DNA from: an uncultured delta proteobacterium
GTDB lineage: Bacteria > Bdellovibrionota > FAC87 > UBA2466
Assembly (NCBI GenBank): GCA_963778115.1
Contig: CAVZSV010000004.1
Location: 2,592,001-2,656,000, forward strand
Length of the DNA stretch: 64,000 bases
Direction of reading: 5' to 3'
Shown here: piece by piece, positions 40,623-48,862 of the stretch
How positions within the stretch are numbered: the first letter of the stretch is position 1
Layout: each line of letters begins with the position of its first letter
Program-made: the position numbers and the translations under genes
The notes under the pieces: generated by a model
What the model was told of the DNA's origin: nothing
The model's input: the letters and a program-made list of their open reading frames with translations, nothing else
The model's database searches: none

Positions 40623-40696
40623 GGGCCCATAGCTCAATCGGATAGAGCACCAGATTTCTAATCTGGGGGTTGTTGGTTCAATCCCAACTGGGCCCA
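40623..40696 (+). tRNA. tRNA-Arg(TCT)
   Basis: GGGCCCA/TGGGCCC acceptor stem, GCTC/GAGC D arm, CCAGA-TTTCTAA-TCTGG anticodon arm, GTTGG-TTCAATC-CCAAC T arm; CCA not encoded. Confidence 0.96.
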
Positions 40697-40704
40697 GACT
40701 GAAT

Positions 40705-40905
40705 TCAATTCTCAACGATTACGTTATCGACCGTATCGGTATAGCCCGACGAGTTGGTCCCCGAAACCAACGTCGCCGAACTACTACAGGAGAGCGTTCC
40801 GGAAGAAGAAGTGGAAGACGGGTTACTGCAGGCCTGCAAAGTGGATATGAGAACGAGACTAATAATAATCCCCAGAAAAGAACTAATTTTTTCTTTGTTA
40901 GGCAT
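40705..40905 (-). pseudogene. Short, probably truncated lipoprotein
   Basis: LQA-C lipobox and Ser linker; ORF ends 8 bp from the tRNA 3' end. Confidence 0.45.
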
Positions 40906-41358
40906 AAATGCTCCGCATCAACCAAACGCTCCTCAGTTCCACTGAGTGTTTCTTTTGCAATGGCGGGCCAACATAGACTAGGCACGGAAGATTGAACTAC
41001 TTTTACACGCTACATTTAGAAGGAACTTTTCCTCCAAATCGAACAATGAGTTGGTGATGTCTAAAGTTTCGATACCGAGGCGCAGGCGTCCTTTGAGATT
41101 GCACTGACCCGCCGTTATTATTCTTCGAAGTCGTAAACGTAACAAAATATAGTGCCAAAACTCTGAACAGATCCTCCTTTCGGCAGAAAATTTAGGTGCT
41201 GCGAATGGAAGCAGACTACAAATAATTCTTATCGATATCTTATGGCCGGGTGACGTTCGCTTGGTAAATGAATGATCAACACTTGTGGGAAAGGCTTTTT
41301 ATCGTCGATATTTGTTATTTCGTAATCTGACTCCTCGACAGAATGCCCGAAACATTTA

Positions 41359-41384
41359 GATACTTTTAGATACAACTCGTTACA
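41359..41384 (+). promoter_or_regulatory. Triple direct repeat, putative OmpR-family binding site
   Basis: GATACT-N4-GATACA-N4-GTTACA, ending 46 bp before ATG 41430. Confidence 0.6.
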
Positions 41385-41429
41385 ACTTATTCCGGGCTTC
41401 GTTCGTGTGCCTTCGATACAATCGACGCA

Positions 41430-41957
41430 ATGAAAAAAGTGAGCAAGTCTTGGCCCAGGCTTTCTCTCGCTAGAAATGGCCAAGCGATCATCGAGTACAT
41501 CTTGATGGTTGTCATGCTCGCGGTAACGATGGCCGTCGTTATCCGAAATACAAGTCAGATTATCTATTGCTATTGGACCGGGTTGGTTCGACAGGTGGCA
41601 AGAGGTTGTGCCGATTGCACGACCCAAGCGGGACCGGGCGCCGAAATGTGCGGAGGGTTGACGGGTCCGTCAACGACGACTGGAAGGTATTCACCGCCGG
41701 TGTCTTCCCCTCCAACAAACCCGACTTCCAGTTCCGAGCCACCTCCTCCCCCGCCTCCACCTACTGGCGGACGTCCGCCGCGCCCTCCACGAGGAAGACC
41801 TCCCTGGCCTCCGCCGTGGCCCCCTCCGCCCGGAGCGCCTCCGTGGCCTCCTCCAGACGGTTTACCACCGGGGCCACCCCCAGATGGCTTTCCAGGTCCG
41901 CCTCCGGATGGACTTCCGCCGGGTCCGCCTTCAAGTGGTAATAGCGGATCGAACTGA
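41430..41957 (+). CDS. Flp/TadE-like pilin-domain protein with Pro-rich C-terminal tail
   Basis: NGQAIIEYILMVVMLAV prepilin-like motif, CxxC, PPW/PPPDG repeats. Confidence 0.7.
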   Translation: MKKVSKSWPRLSLARNGQAIIEYILMVVMLAVTMAVVIRNTSQIIYCYWTGLVRQVARGCADCTTQAGPGAEMCGGLTGPSTTTGRYSPPVSSPPTNPTSSSEPPPPPPPPTGGRPPRPPRGRPPWPPPWPPPPGAPPWPPPDGLPPGPPPDGFPGPPPDGLPPGPPSSGNSGSN

Positions 41958-42021
41958 GTGCTTTTTTAAGTGTTCAGGATTTCTAGACTCCCAGAATCGG
42001 GACTGAGGTTTGCGCAGACGA

Positions 42022-42741
42022 CTATGCCGCTTTCTTTTGATCTTCTCGAACACCTATGAATAGGTAACCGCTACCGCGAATCGTTCTAAAAAATTTGGGG
42101 TTTTTTGGATCCTCTTTCAATTTCTGACGTAGTCGGCTTAGTAATACATCGACGGACCGATTAAAACTTTCCCATTCGATGCCCCGTAGATTATCAAGTA
42201 TTTCATCACGACTCATAACTCGGCCCGCGTTGCGCACCAGTAACTCCAAAATAGAAAACTCTGTTGTGGTTAAATTAACCTCTTGGTTTTCCAAAAATAC
42301 GGTCCTTTGATTGAAATTTAGCTCCAACCCATTATATCTAACCACCGATCCCAATCTTGGATCCGATAGCTTCGATCGGCGTAGGACAGATTCGATTCGC
42401 GCCACAAGTTCCGCGGGGTCGACCGGCTTTAGCACGTAATCGTCCGCACCTAATTTGAGACCGACAATACGATCGGTGATCTCCGACCGAGCAGTCAGCA
42501 TAATGATAGGAACGGAACTAGTTTGACGAATTTCTCGGCAGAGATCAAACCCGCTGCGCGTGGGTAACATGATGTCGAGAATAATGAGCGCTGGCGACGT
42601 CTGTTGGATTAACTTTAAACCCTTCTCTGGGGTCGAGGCGGACATAAGCTCCATGCCACACTGCATTAAATATTTATGGAGAAGCTCACACAGTTTCACG
42701 TCATCATCGATAATTACAATGGAAGTAGCCATATGCTTCAT
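42022..42741 (-). CDS. OmpR-family response regulator
   Basis: IIDDD, LDIMLP, MLTA, GADDYVLKP, wHTH with RSVDVLLSRLRQKL. Confidence 0.95.
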   Translation of the reverse strand: MKHMATSIVIIDDDVKLCELLHKYLMQCGMELMSASTPEKGLKLIQQTSPALIILDIMLPTRSGFDLCREIRQTSSVPIIMLTARSEITDRIVGLKLGADDYVLKPVDPAELVARIESVLRRSKLSDPRLGSVVRYNGLELNFNQRTVFLENQEVNLTTTEFSILELLVRNAGRVMSRDEILDNLRGIEWESFNRSVDVLLSRLRQKLKEDPKNPKFFRTIRGSGYLFIGVREDQKKAA

Positions 42742-42792
42742 ACGTATCGGCGCAATCCATTTACCTCTTGATGCGCCCTTCCATCGATGGGT

Positions 42793-44019
42793 TTATCGTT
42801 TCAGAAGGTATTTTCCGACAGCCGGGTTCTCCTTTTTCCAGATAACGTTATCTATGAAAAAGTGGTGGATGTTCAAAAAGATGGCTGCAAATGCGGCGAA
42901 GAGCAGAGGGGGGAATTGATACTGCCCAGACTCAAAGGGGAACGTCCGATCCAAAAAGTTCGGGACTATATTAAATGTTACAGCCCCCAAGATCCCCGCT
43001 AGCAGCAAGTATCCCCAAAACCTCGTCAACATTCCCGCGCGATATTGGACAGGGCTTTTGTCCTGCAACTGGTCTCGGACTTTATTTCTTCGAAATGCGG
43101 TACCAAACCAGAGGTATTGCAGAGAATGAAAAAATGGAATCGCGAACATGAATAGGGGGTGATAGAAAACAGGTAAGTACCACACCATCATTGATGCTAC
43201 TGCTAGAATAGCTGTCGCGGAAGGGGTTACTCCAGTTCTCACATACTTCGTTAAGAGTAATCCAAAGAACACGATCGCTAACAAGAAAAATACTGCCTGG
43301 GCGCTAGTCATCGCCCAATAAGGAAAGTTCAGAGCCGAATAGAAAAATCCGTTGAAATTTTGCATCTGAGAGTTGGTATTCGTTCCCACCCAGCCAATCG
43401 CACCCAAAGTAAGCAGACTTATCCGCAGGATAAGTTTTTCGAGCTGTGAAAAATAGGCTCCATTGCGCGCGGAGCTAAGAATAAAAATTCCATAGGCCTG
43501 CTTTGCGTAGTGCCAGCCCACCAGGACATACATGGCATATATAAAAAACGGAACTGACTCTTTTCGCGCTAGTGCAACGTAAGTCATGCCGCCCAAGATG
43601 ACGACTGGAACGACAATTCCAGCCCAAATATATCGTTTCTCGCGAAAGAACTCTTTTCGACAGTCCCAATACAAGAACTGATACGAAAGAAGAAAGTGTG
43701 GAAAGTTGCATACGAAACTTAGGACGAAGAAAATCCAAGAGGCTTGAGAGAGAATGGGAGTGGGAAAAGTTTGACCGTTCGGATAAACGCCCACATAGGT
43801 AAACGGCATAAGACTACGATCACAAAACAACATGCACAGCACGAAAAATACCAAAGAGCCGCCTCCGGACATAAAGAGGTCTAGAGGTCGAGACAAAAAA
43901 TATGGCGAAATGGTTGGGTGTCCCGTTTGTAAGGATACTTTTGCTGGCTCCTTAACTACCAAATCAGCGGGTTCATGAGACAAACTGACCTTCTCAGCAA
44001 CAGTGGATTTAATAATCAC
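42793..44019 (-). CDS. Multi-TM membrane protein with conserved-looking His motifs
   Basis: NFPHF, GWHYAKQ, FFHSLQY, IHHFFIDNVIWK in about 10 TM segments. Confidence 0.8.
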   Translation of the reverse strand: MIIKSTVAEKVSLSHEPADLVVKEPAKVSLQTGHPTISPYFLSRPLDLFMSGGGSLVFFVLCMLFCDRSLMPFTYVGVYPNGQTFPTPILSQASWIFFVLSFVCNFPHFLLSYQFLYWDCRKEFFREKRYIWAGIVVPVVILGGMTYVALARKESVPFFIYAMYVLVGWHYAKQAYGIFILSSARNGAYFSQLEKLILRISLLTLGAIGWVGTNTNSQMQNFNGFFYSALNFPYWAMTSAQAVFFLLAIVFFGLLLTKYVRTGVTPSATAILAVASMMVWYLPVFYHPLFMFAIPFFHSLQYLWFGTAFRRNKVRDQLQDKSPVQYRAGMLTRFWGYLLLAGILGAVTFNIVPNFLDRTFPFESGQYQFPPLLFAAFAAIFLNIHHFFIDNVIWKKENPAVGKYLLKR

Positions 44020-44033
44020 AAAGCCTCCATCAT

Positions 44034-46082
44034 TTATTCATACCTAAGAGCGGAAATCGGACTTAGAGCAGATGCTTTTTTTGCGGGCCAGAGACCAAAA
44101 ATAATTCCAATGCCAGCGGAAAATAATAGAGACAGGAAAATACTTGCCATCGAAACGGGAGCGGCCCAACCGGCTATCTTTGTGAGTACAAAAGCAATCG
44201 ATAGTCCAAGAGCAACTCCTATGACCCCGCCGAGTGCGCTAACTATCATGGCTTCGACTAAGAACTGGAGCAGAATATCGGAAGGTTTGGCGCCAACGGC
44301 CTTGCGAAGGCCAATTTCCCTTGTTCTTTCGGTAACGGAAACAAGCATGATATTCATGATCCCAATTCCGCCAACAAGTAACGAGATCGCCGCGATACAC
44401 GCGAGAAGTCCCGATAACACGCGGCTAGTACTCGAAAAGGCTTGTTGAATCTCTGCCATGTTACGGACATCAAAACTATCTACTTGGCTGGGCGGTAGTC
44501 GGTGCCTGCGGACGATGAGGTCATGAGTCTGTGTCTCAACTTGGTCCATTTTCGTCTGGTCACTGACTTCAATATCGATCTGATCGACAAAATCCTTTCC
44601 TAGAAGCCGATGCATCGCCGTGTTTAAAGGGATGACTATAACGTCATCCTCATCTCGAAAACCTTGTGCGCCTTTTTTCTTGAGTACCCCAATGATTTGG
44701 AAGCTTACTTTGTTAAGCTTTACATACTCTCCAATGGGGTTTGCGCCTCCAAAAAGTTCTCGGACTGTCGTGGTGCCAAGTAGCGCCACTCGCGCCCGTT
44801 CGAGGTTTTCGTCATTGCTGAAATACCGCCCAACCTGAGCGGGTGCATTATGTAACGAAGCGTACTCAGGCAGGGTACCGGTCACGGATGTATTCCAATT
44901 CTTGTTCCCGAATACTGCCTGGACCCTTCCCGATACCGACGGAGAGGTGTGTTTAACGAAAGGGACTGAGTCTCCGATATCTCTTGCGTCTTCCATGGTG
45001 AAGCGGGTCACTGTTCCCGCTTCGAGAGCCACTCCCATGGAGCGCATAGAGCCGGGCATCAAAACGAGCAAATTGGACCCAAGCGAAGAGAGGCTTTTTT
45101 CTATCGAATCCTTCGCGCCCTGTCCGATAGCTAGCATCGCAATGACCGCCGCAACACCGATTAAGATTCCGAGCATCGACAGACCTGAGCGAACTTTGTT
45201 GGAGGCGAGGGCTTTATACGCCTGTTTGCAATGCGCATATGCGCTTTGAATAAAACGCTGAACCTTCGATTTGGCAGCTTCCTCTGGAAGCGACTTTATT
45301 CGAGAGTTGGAGGAGGGGCATGGACTGGTCCGAATATCCGAGGAGATTACTCCATCTCTCATTCGAATTACCCGCTTTGCCTCCTGGGCAATTTTCTCTT
45401 CGTGCGTTACGACAATTACCGTGATTCCTTGTTCATTGAGTTTATGCAGAATGGCGAGAATTTCCTCTTCACTCGTCGAATCCAAATTCCCCGTGGGTTC
45501 ATCCGCCAGCAGAATGCTCGGTTCATTTACTAGCGCGCGCGCAATTGCCACCCGTTGTTGTTGTCCTCCTGAGAGTTCGTTGGGATGATGTGCTAGTCGA
45601 CCTTCGAGCCCGACTTCTTTTAAAAGAACGGCGGGAGATCGTCTCTCAGGTCCAGTCTGATAAAGGATAGGAAGTCCCACATTCTCAAGCGCGCTGGTCC
45701 TGGGAAGCAAGTTGAACTGCTGAAAGATAAAACCAATCGTTCTACTTCTAAGTTCCGAAAGCTCGTTCTCCTTCAAATGAGAGGTCTCATTCCCCTCTAA
45801 CGAATAGGAACCTGACTCTACTGGATCTAAAAGTCCAAGGACATGAAGTAGCGTGGATTTACCTGAGCCGGAAGGCCCCATAATCGCTACAAAGTCGCCT
45901 CTCTGGATGGAAAGGCAAACCCGGTCGAGTGCCGTAACCACCACCTCGCCCATTTGATATTTTTTGGATATCGAATTGAGCTGAATAATTGTATCGGTTT
46001 GTGGAGCGACCGATCTCTCCACTGATCCAATAGGTAGGCTATTTTCCGTTCGTGTGTCTTTTTTCAATCTATCTGGGGCCAT
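44034..46082 (-). CDS. macB: MacB-family ABC transporter (fused NBD and permease)
   Basis: GPSGSGKS, LSGGQQQRVAIAR, DEPTGNLD, GGIGIMNIMLVSVTERTREIG. Confidence 0.93.
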   Translation of the reverse strand: MAPDRLKKDTRTENSLPIGSVERSVAPQTDTIIQLNSISKKYQMGEVVVTALDRVCLSIQRGDFVAIMGPSGSGKSTLLHVLGLLDPVESGSYSLEGNETSHLKENELSELRSRTIGFIFQQFNLLPRTSALENVGLPILYQTGPERRSPAVLLKEVGLEGRLAHHPNELSGGQQQRVAIARALVNEPSILLADEPTGNLDSTSEEEILAILHKLNEQGITVIVVTHEEKIAQEAKRVIRMRDGVISSDIRTSPCPSSNSRIKSLPEEAAKSKVQRFIQSAYAHCKQAYKALASNKVRSGLSMLGILIGVAAVIAMLAIGQGAKDSIEKSLSSLGSNLLVLMPGSMRSMGVALEAGTVTRFTMEDARDIGDSVPFVKHTSPSVSGRVQAVFGNKNWNTSVTGTLPEYASLHNAPAQVGRYFSNDENLERARVALLGTTTVRELFGGANPIGEYVKLNKVSFQIIGVLKKKGAQGFRDEDDVIVIPLNTAMHRLLGKDFVDQIDIEVSDQTKMDQVETQTHDLIVRRHRLPPSQVDSFDVRNMAEIQQAFSSTSRVLSGLLACIAAISLLVGGIGIMNIMLVSVTERTREIGLRKAVGAKPSDILLQFLVEAMIVSALGGVIGVALGLSIAFVLTKIAGWAAPVSMASIFLSLLFSAGIGIIFGLWPAKKASALSPISALRYE

Positions 46083-47064
46083 TAGTTTTTTCCTTTCCCC
46101 GGCCAGGAGGGGTAGGCATGAACGGATTTACTGATGCAATATCCTCAGCTGGTTCCGACCAAACGGGGAGAAGCACCATTTCGCCTTCGTTAAGGCCACT
46201 TACGATTTCAGTCCGCTTGCCGTCTGTAAGTCCTATTTCGACTTCTTTTGAAGTGGTTGATCCTTGCGGCCCCGGTTGCCCGTTTGGCTCTACTTCGAGA
46301 ACAAAGGTATTGTCATGTTCCTGATGAATCGCTTCAGAAGGAAGTAGGAGTGCTTTTTCTTTTTTTTGAGCAAGAATGGATACGTTGGCAGTCATGCCGC
46401 TTTTCATAAAATCGGGAACTTCATCGGGGACTATATCCACCTGATAGGTGGTAACGTTATTCACCGTCTTAGCGTCATAGGCTATTCGAGCCACTTTCGC
46501 TGGAATTACGGTCTTGGAGTAGGCGTCCAGGGTGATACGGCAGGCTTGCCCTAAACTTACATGTGAAATATCCGTCTCGTCGATCGTAGCCTGAATGATG
46601 AGTCTATCTGAAACGACAAACACGACATCGGTACTCGCAACGGTTTGGCCAGGCTTTACGTTACTGAGAATGAGCATTCCATCAAGTGGAGAGATAACGG
46701 GTGTTGCGCGATAGAGTTCCTTCCACTTTCTGACTTCGCCTCGCCCCTTGGCCCTGGCGGCGTCTAAGAGTGAAACTCTTTCCGAGGAACTCATCCACGC
46801 GATGATTTGGTCGCGTTTTACCGGAGAGCCTTCGTTGATCAGTATTTCCTCGACTCTTCCGGAAGTCGGAGGTTTTATTTCTAACCGATTTTGGGACTGC
46901 ACGGTGCCAGTCGATTGGATTCGTAACTCTAGATCACCTCTTTCGACACGGACGATCGACCCAGAAAGTCCCTTTGGTCGCGAGTGTACGTGAAGAGAAA
47001 TCCCTATGATTACGATCACCGCAATCCCGAAAACGAAAAAGATATGACGCCTGTGTAGTTTCAT
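46069..47064 (-). CDS. macA: MacA-like periplasmic adaptor
   Basis: N-terminal TM, barrel-sandwich SGRVEEILINEG, IDETDI, KSGMTANV, SGLNEGE; short hairpin. Confidence 0.85.
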   Translation of the reverse strand: MKLHRRHIFFVFGIAVIVIIGISLHVHSRPKGLSGSIVRVERGDLELRIQSTGTVQSQNRLEIKPPTSGRVEEILINEGSPVKRDQIIAWMSSSERVSLLDAARAKGRGEVRKWKELYRATPVISPLDGMLILSNVKPGQTVASTDVVFVVSDRLIIQATIDETDISHVSLGQACRITLDAYSKTVIPAKVARIAYDAKTVNNVTTYQVDIVPDEVPDFMKSGMTANVSILAQKKEKALLLPSEAIHQEHDNTFVLEVEPNGQPGPQGSTTSKEVEIGLTDGKRTEIVSGLNEGEMVLLPVWSEPAEDIASVNPFMPTPPGRGKEKTNGPR

Positions 47065-48437
47065 GGTGCAATCCCCAGCCCTCTGTTCTGGTCCCAGCTC
47101 GCTTCGCTACTTGCGGCCTGAAGCTCGTCGGACAGAAGTATCTGTTGTTGACTAATTAAATCGGATTCAATGATGTCCCAATCCTCAAATGATTGAAGCC
47201 CATTTGCATATTTACTTCTTGCGATCTGCGAGCGAATTTTCGCTGCGTCCATTGTCTCCTGTTGTGCTTCCTTTTGTTCAATAGCAAAAACGTAGTCTGC
47301 GTATGCTTGTTTAAGATTCACAAGCGTCTGCCGGTCGGTCGAACTACGTACGGCTTCCGTGCGGTCGCGATCGCTGACTGAGGTCGCAACACTGTAGACG
47401 GTGCTAAATCCAGAAAATATGGGGATCGATAGCGTGACTCCCGCTGACCATTGGCTCGAGTTTAAAGGAAGTGAAGTTCCTGTCAGCGAGTACGAGCCGT
47501 TCAAAGCGAGCGTGGGATAGTATCCGCCTCGGGCTTTGGTAATTGCAGCGTCAGACGCTTTAACGTCGGCATCTGCTCCAAGGTGGGCTGGAGTCGCAAG
47601 TACCAATTGTTCAAAATTCGGGGTGTCTTTCGGATCAAGTGAAGGCTTCACTTGAACGTCCAACTTTCCTTGAACCTCAAGTGGCTCTGCACCAGAGCGA
47701 CCCAATAGGCGCGCCAGGTTCTCGGAAGCAACCCTTACGTTCCGGGTTGCCCTACGTTCGTCAACTTGCGCCGAATGATAGGCTGCTAAACTTTTTAAGT
47801 AGTTTCCTTTATTTTCTGTTCCCCCTTCAAAGCGAAGTTGGACTAGTTCCTGATTTTCCTTTCGACGTTTAACGATATCCTTCTCAAGTTCGAGGAGTTC
47901 CTGATCATAGATCAGAGTCTCAAAGGCAACTCGCAGATCGTGTCGAACCTGGGCCGAAGTCGAACCTTTGCTTTGTTTGCTCGAGTCTAGGTTGTACTTA
48001 TTCTGCTCGCGTGCGGCCGAATCCTGAAAGCCGTTAAAGATATTTTGGCTGACAGTGAGACTCGTTGAGTAGAGATCGGTTCCGTTCGAAGACGGCATGC
48101 CTGATGCCCCACCTGGACCAGAGGAGTTAATTGATCCAGATGAGGCTCCCGGGATAGAAACTATACTGGCATTCGTACGGGTATAACCAGCACTAGCGCC
48201 TACTTGGGGAAGAAATCCACTGAGGCTTCCGCTTAACGACGCTTGCGCCTTTGAGACGGAAGCCTGTGCCGATCGTAGATCGGTATTATTTAAGTAAGCC
48301 TCATGTAAGCATTGGTCCCAAGTTAAGGAATCGCCGAAAGAGACCAAAGAGTAGACCTCGCAGATCAGCGCAATGAGCAAACATATGCTTTTCCGAGATG
48401 GAAGAACGCGATAGCGAAGTAAACGGCTGTTGATCAT
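47061..48437 (-). CDS. TolC-family outer-membrane efflux protein
   Basis: Two OEP repeats (FLPQV..., YYPTLAL...LSIPIFSG); in operon with macAB. Confidence 0.9.
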   Translation of the reverse strand: MINSRLLRYRVLPSRKSICLLIALICEVYSLVSFGDSLTWDQCLHEAYLNNTDLRSAQASVSKAQASLSGSLSGFLPQVGASAGYTRTNASIVSIPGASSGSINSSGPGGASGMPSSNGTDLYSTSLTVSQNIFNGFQDSAAREQNKYNLDSSKQSKGSTSAQVRHDLRVAFETLIYDQELLELEKDIVKRRKENQELVQLRFEGGTENKGNYLKSLAAYHSAQVDERRATRNVRVASENLARLLGRSGAEPLEVQGKLDVQVKPSLDPKDTPNFEQLVLATPAHLGADADVKASDAAITKARGGYYPTLALNGSYSLTGTSLPLNSSQWSAGVTLSIPIFSGFSTVYSVATSVSDRDRTEAVRSSTDRQTLVNLKQAYADYVFAIEQKEAQQETMDAAKIRSQIARSKYANGLQSFEDWDIIESDLISQQQILLSDELQAASSEASWDQNRGLGIAP

Positions 48438-48482
48438 GCTCTCTCATTTTAGATTCTAAAAGTGTGGAGAGCTTCTCCGTTT

Positions 48483-48509
48483 GGTAAATCTTTGTATCGT
48501 TCTTGTAAC
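48483..48509 (-). promoter_or_regulatory. Triple direct repeat, putative OmpR-family binding site
   Basis: Minus strand GTTACA-N5-GATACA-N4-TTTACC, ending 46 bp before the TolC start. Confidence 0.6.
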
Positions 48510-48862
48510 TGAGAAAGGCCATCAATTTCATTAATTTCAAGTTGCATACTTGTTGTGCAAAAGGAGCTACGGCGAACACTTCTAGTGGGTTACGAAGCTA
48601 CTCTGTCCCGAAACACACTTTGCGGCCGAATTTTGAATCTCACCCTCGGAACTCCTTAAAGAAATGGATAAATAGAAGGTCTTTTTTCATGAACACGAGC
48701 ATCCCTGTCTAATAGTTGCACGCGAAGAAAACGTCTTTTCTCTCGATTTTCGTGATCGAGTTCATCCCTCCGCCTTAAAACCTCCGACTTGTATCAAGGT
48801 ATGTCAGTTGCAGCACTTAGCAGCCGAACCATGTTCCACTGAGATCGTAGTTTGAGGTTTGT

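Noticed and set aside
40957..40970. sigma54 promoter TGGCCCGCCATTGC on the minus strand
   Set aside because: GG-GC spacing is 9 nt rather than the required 10
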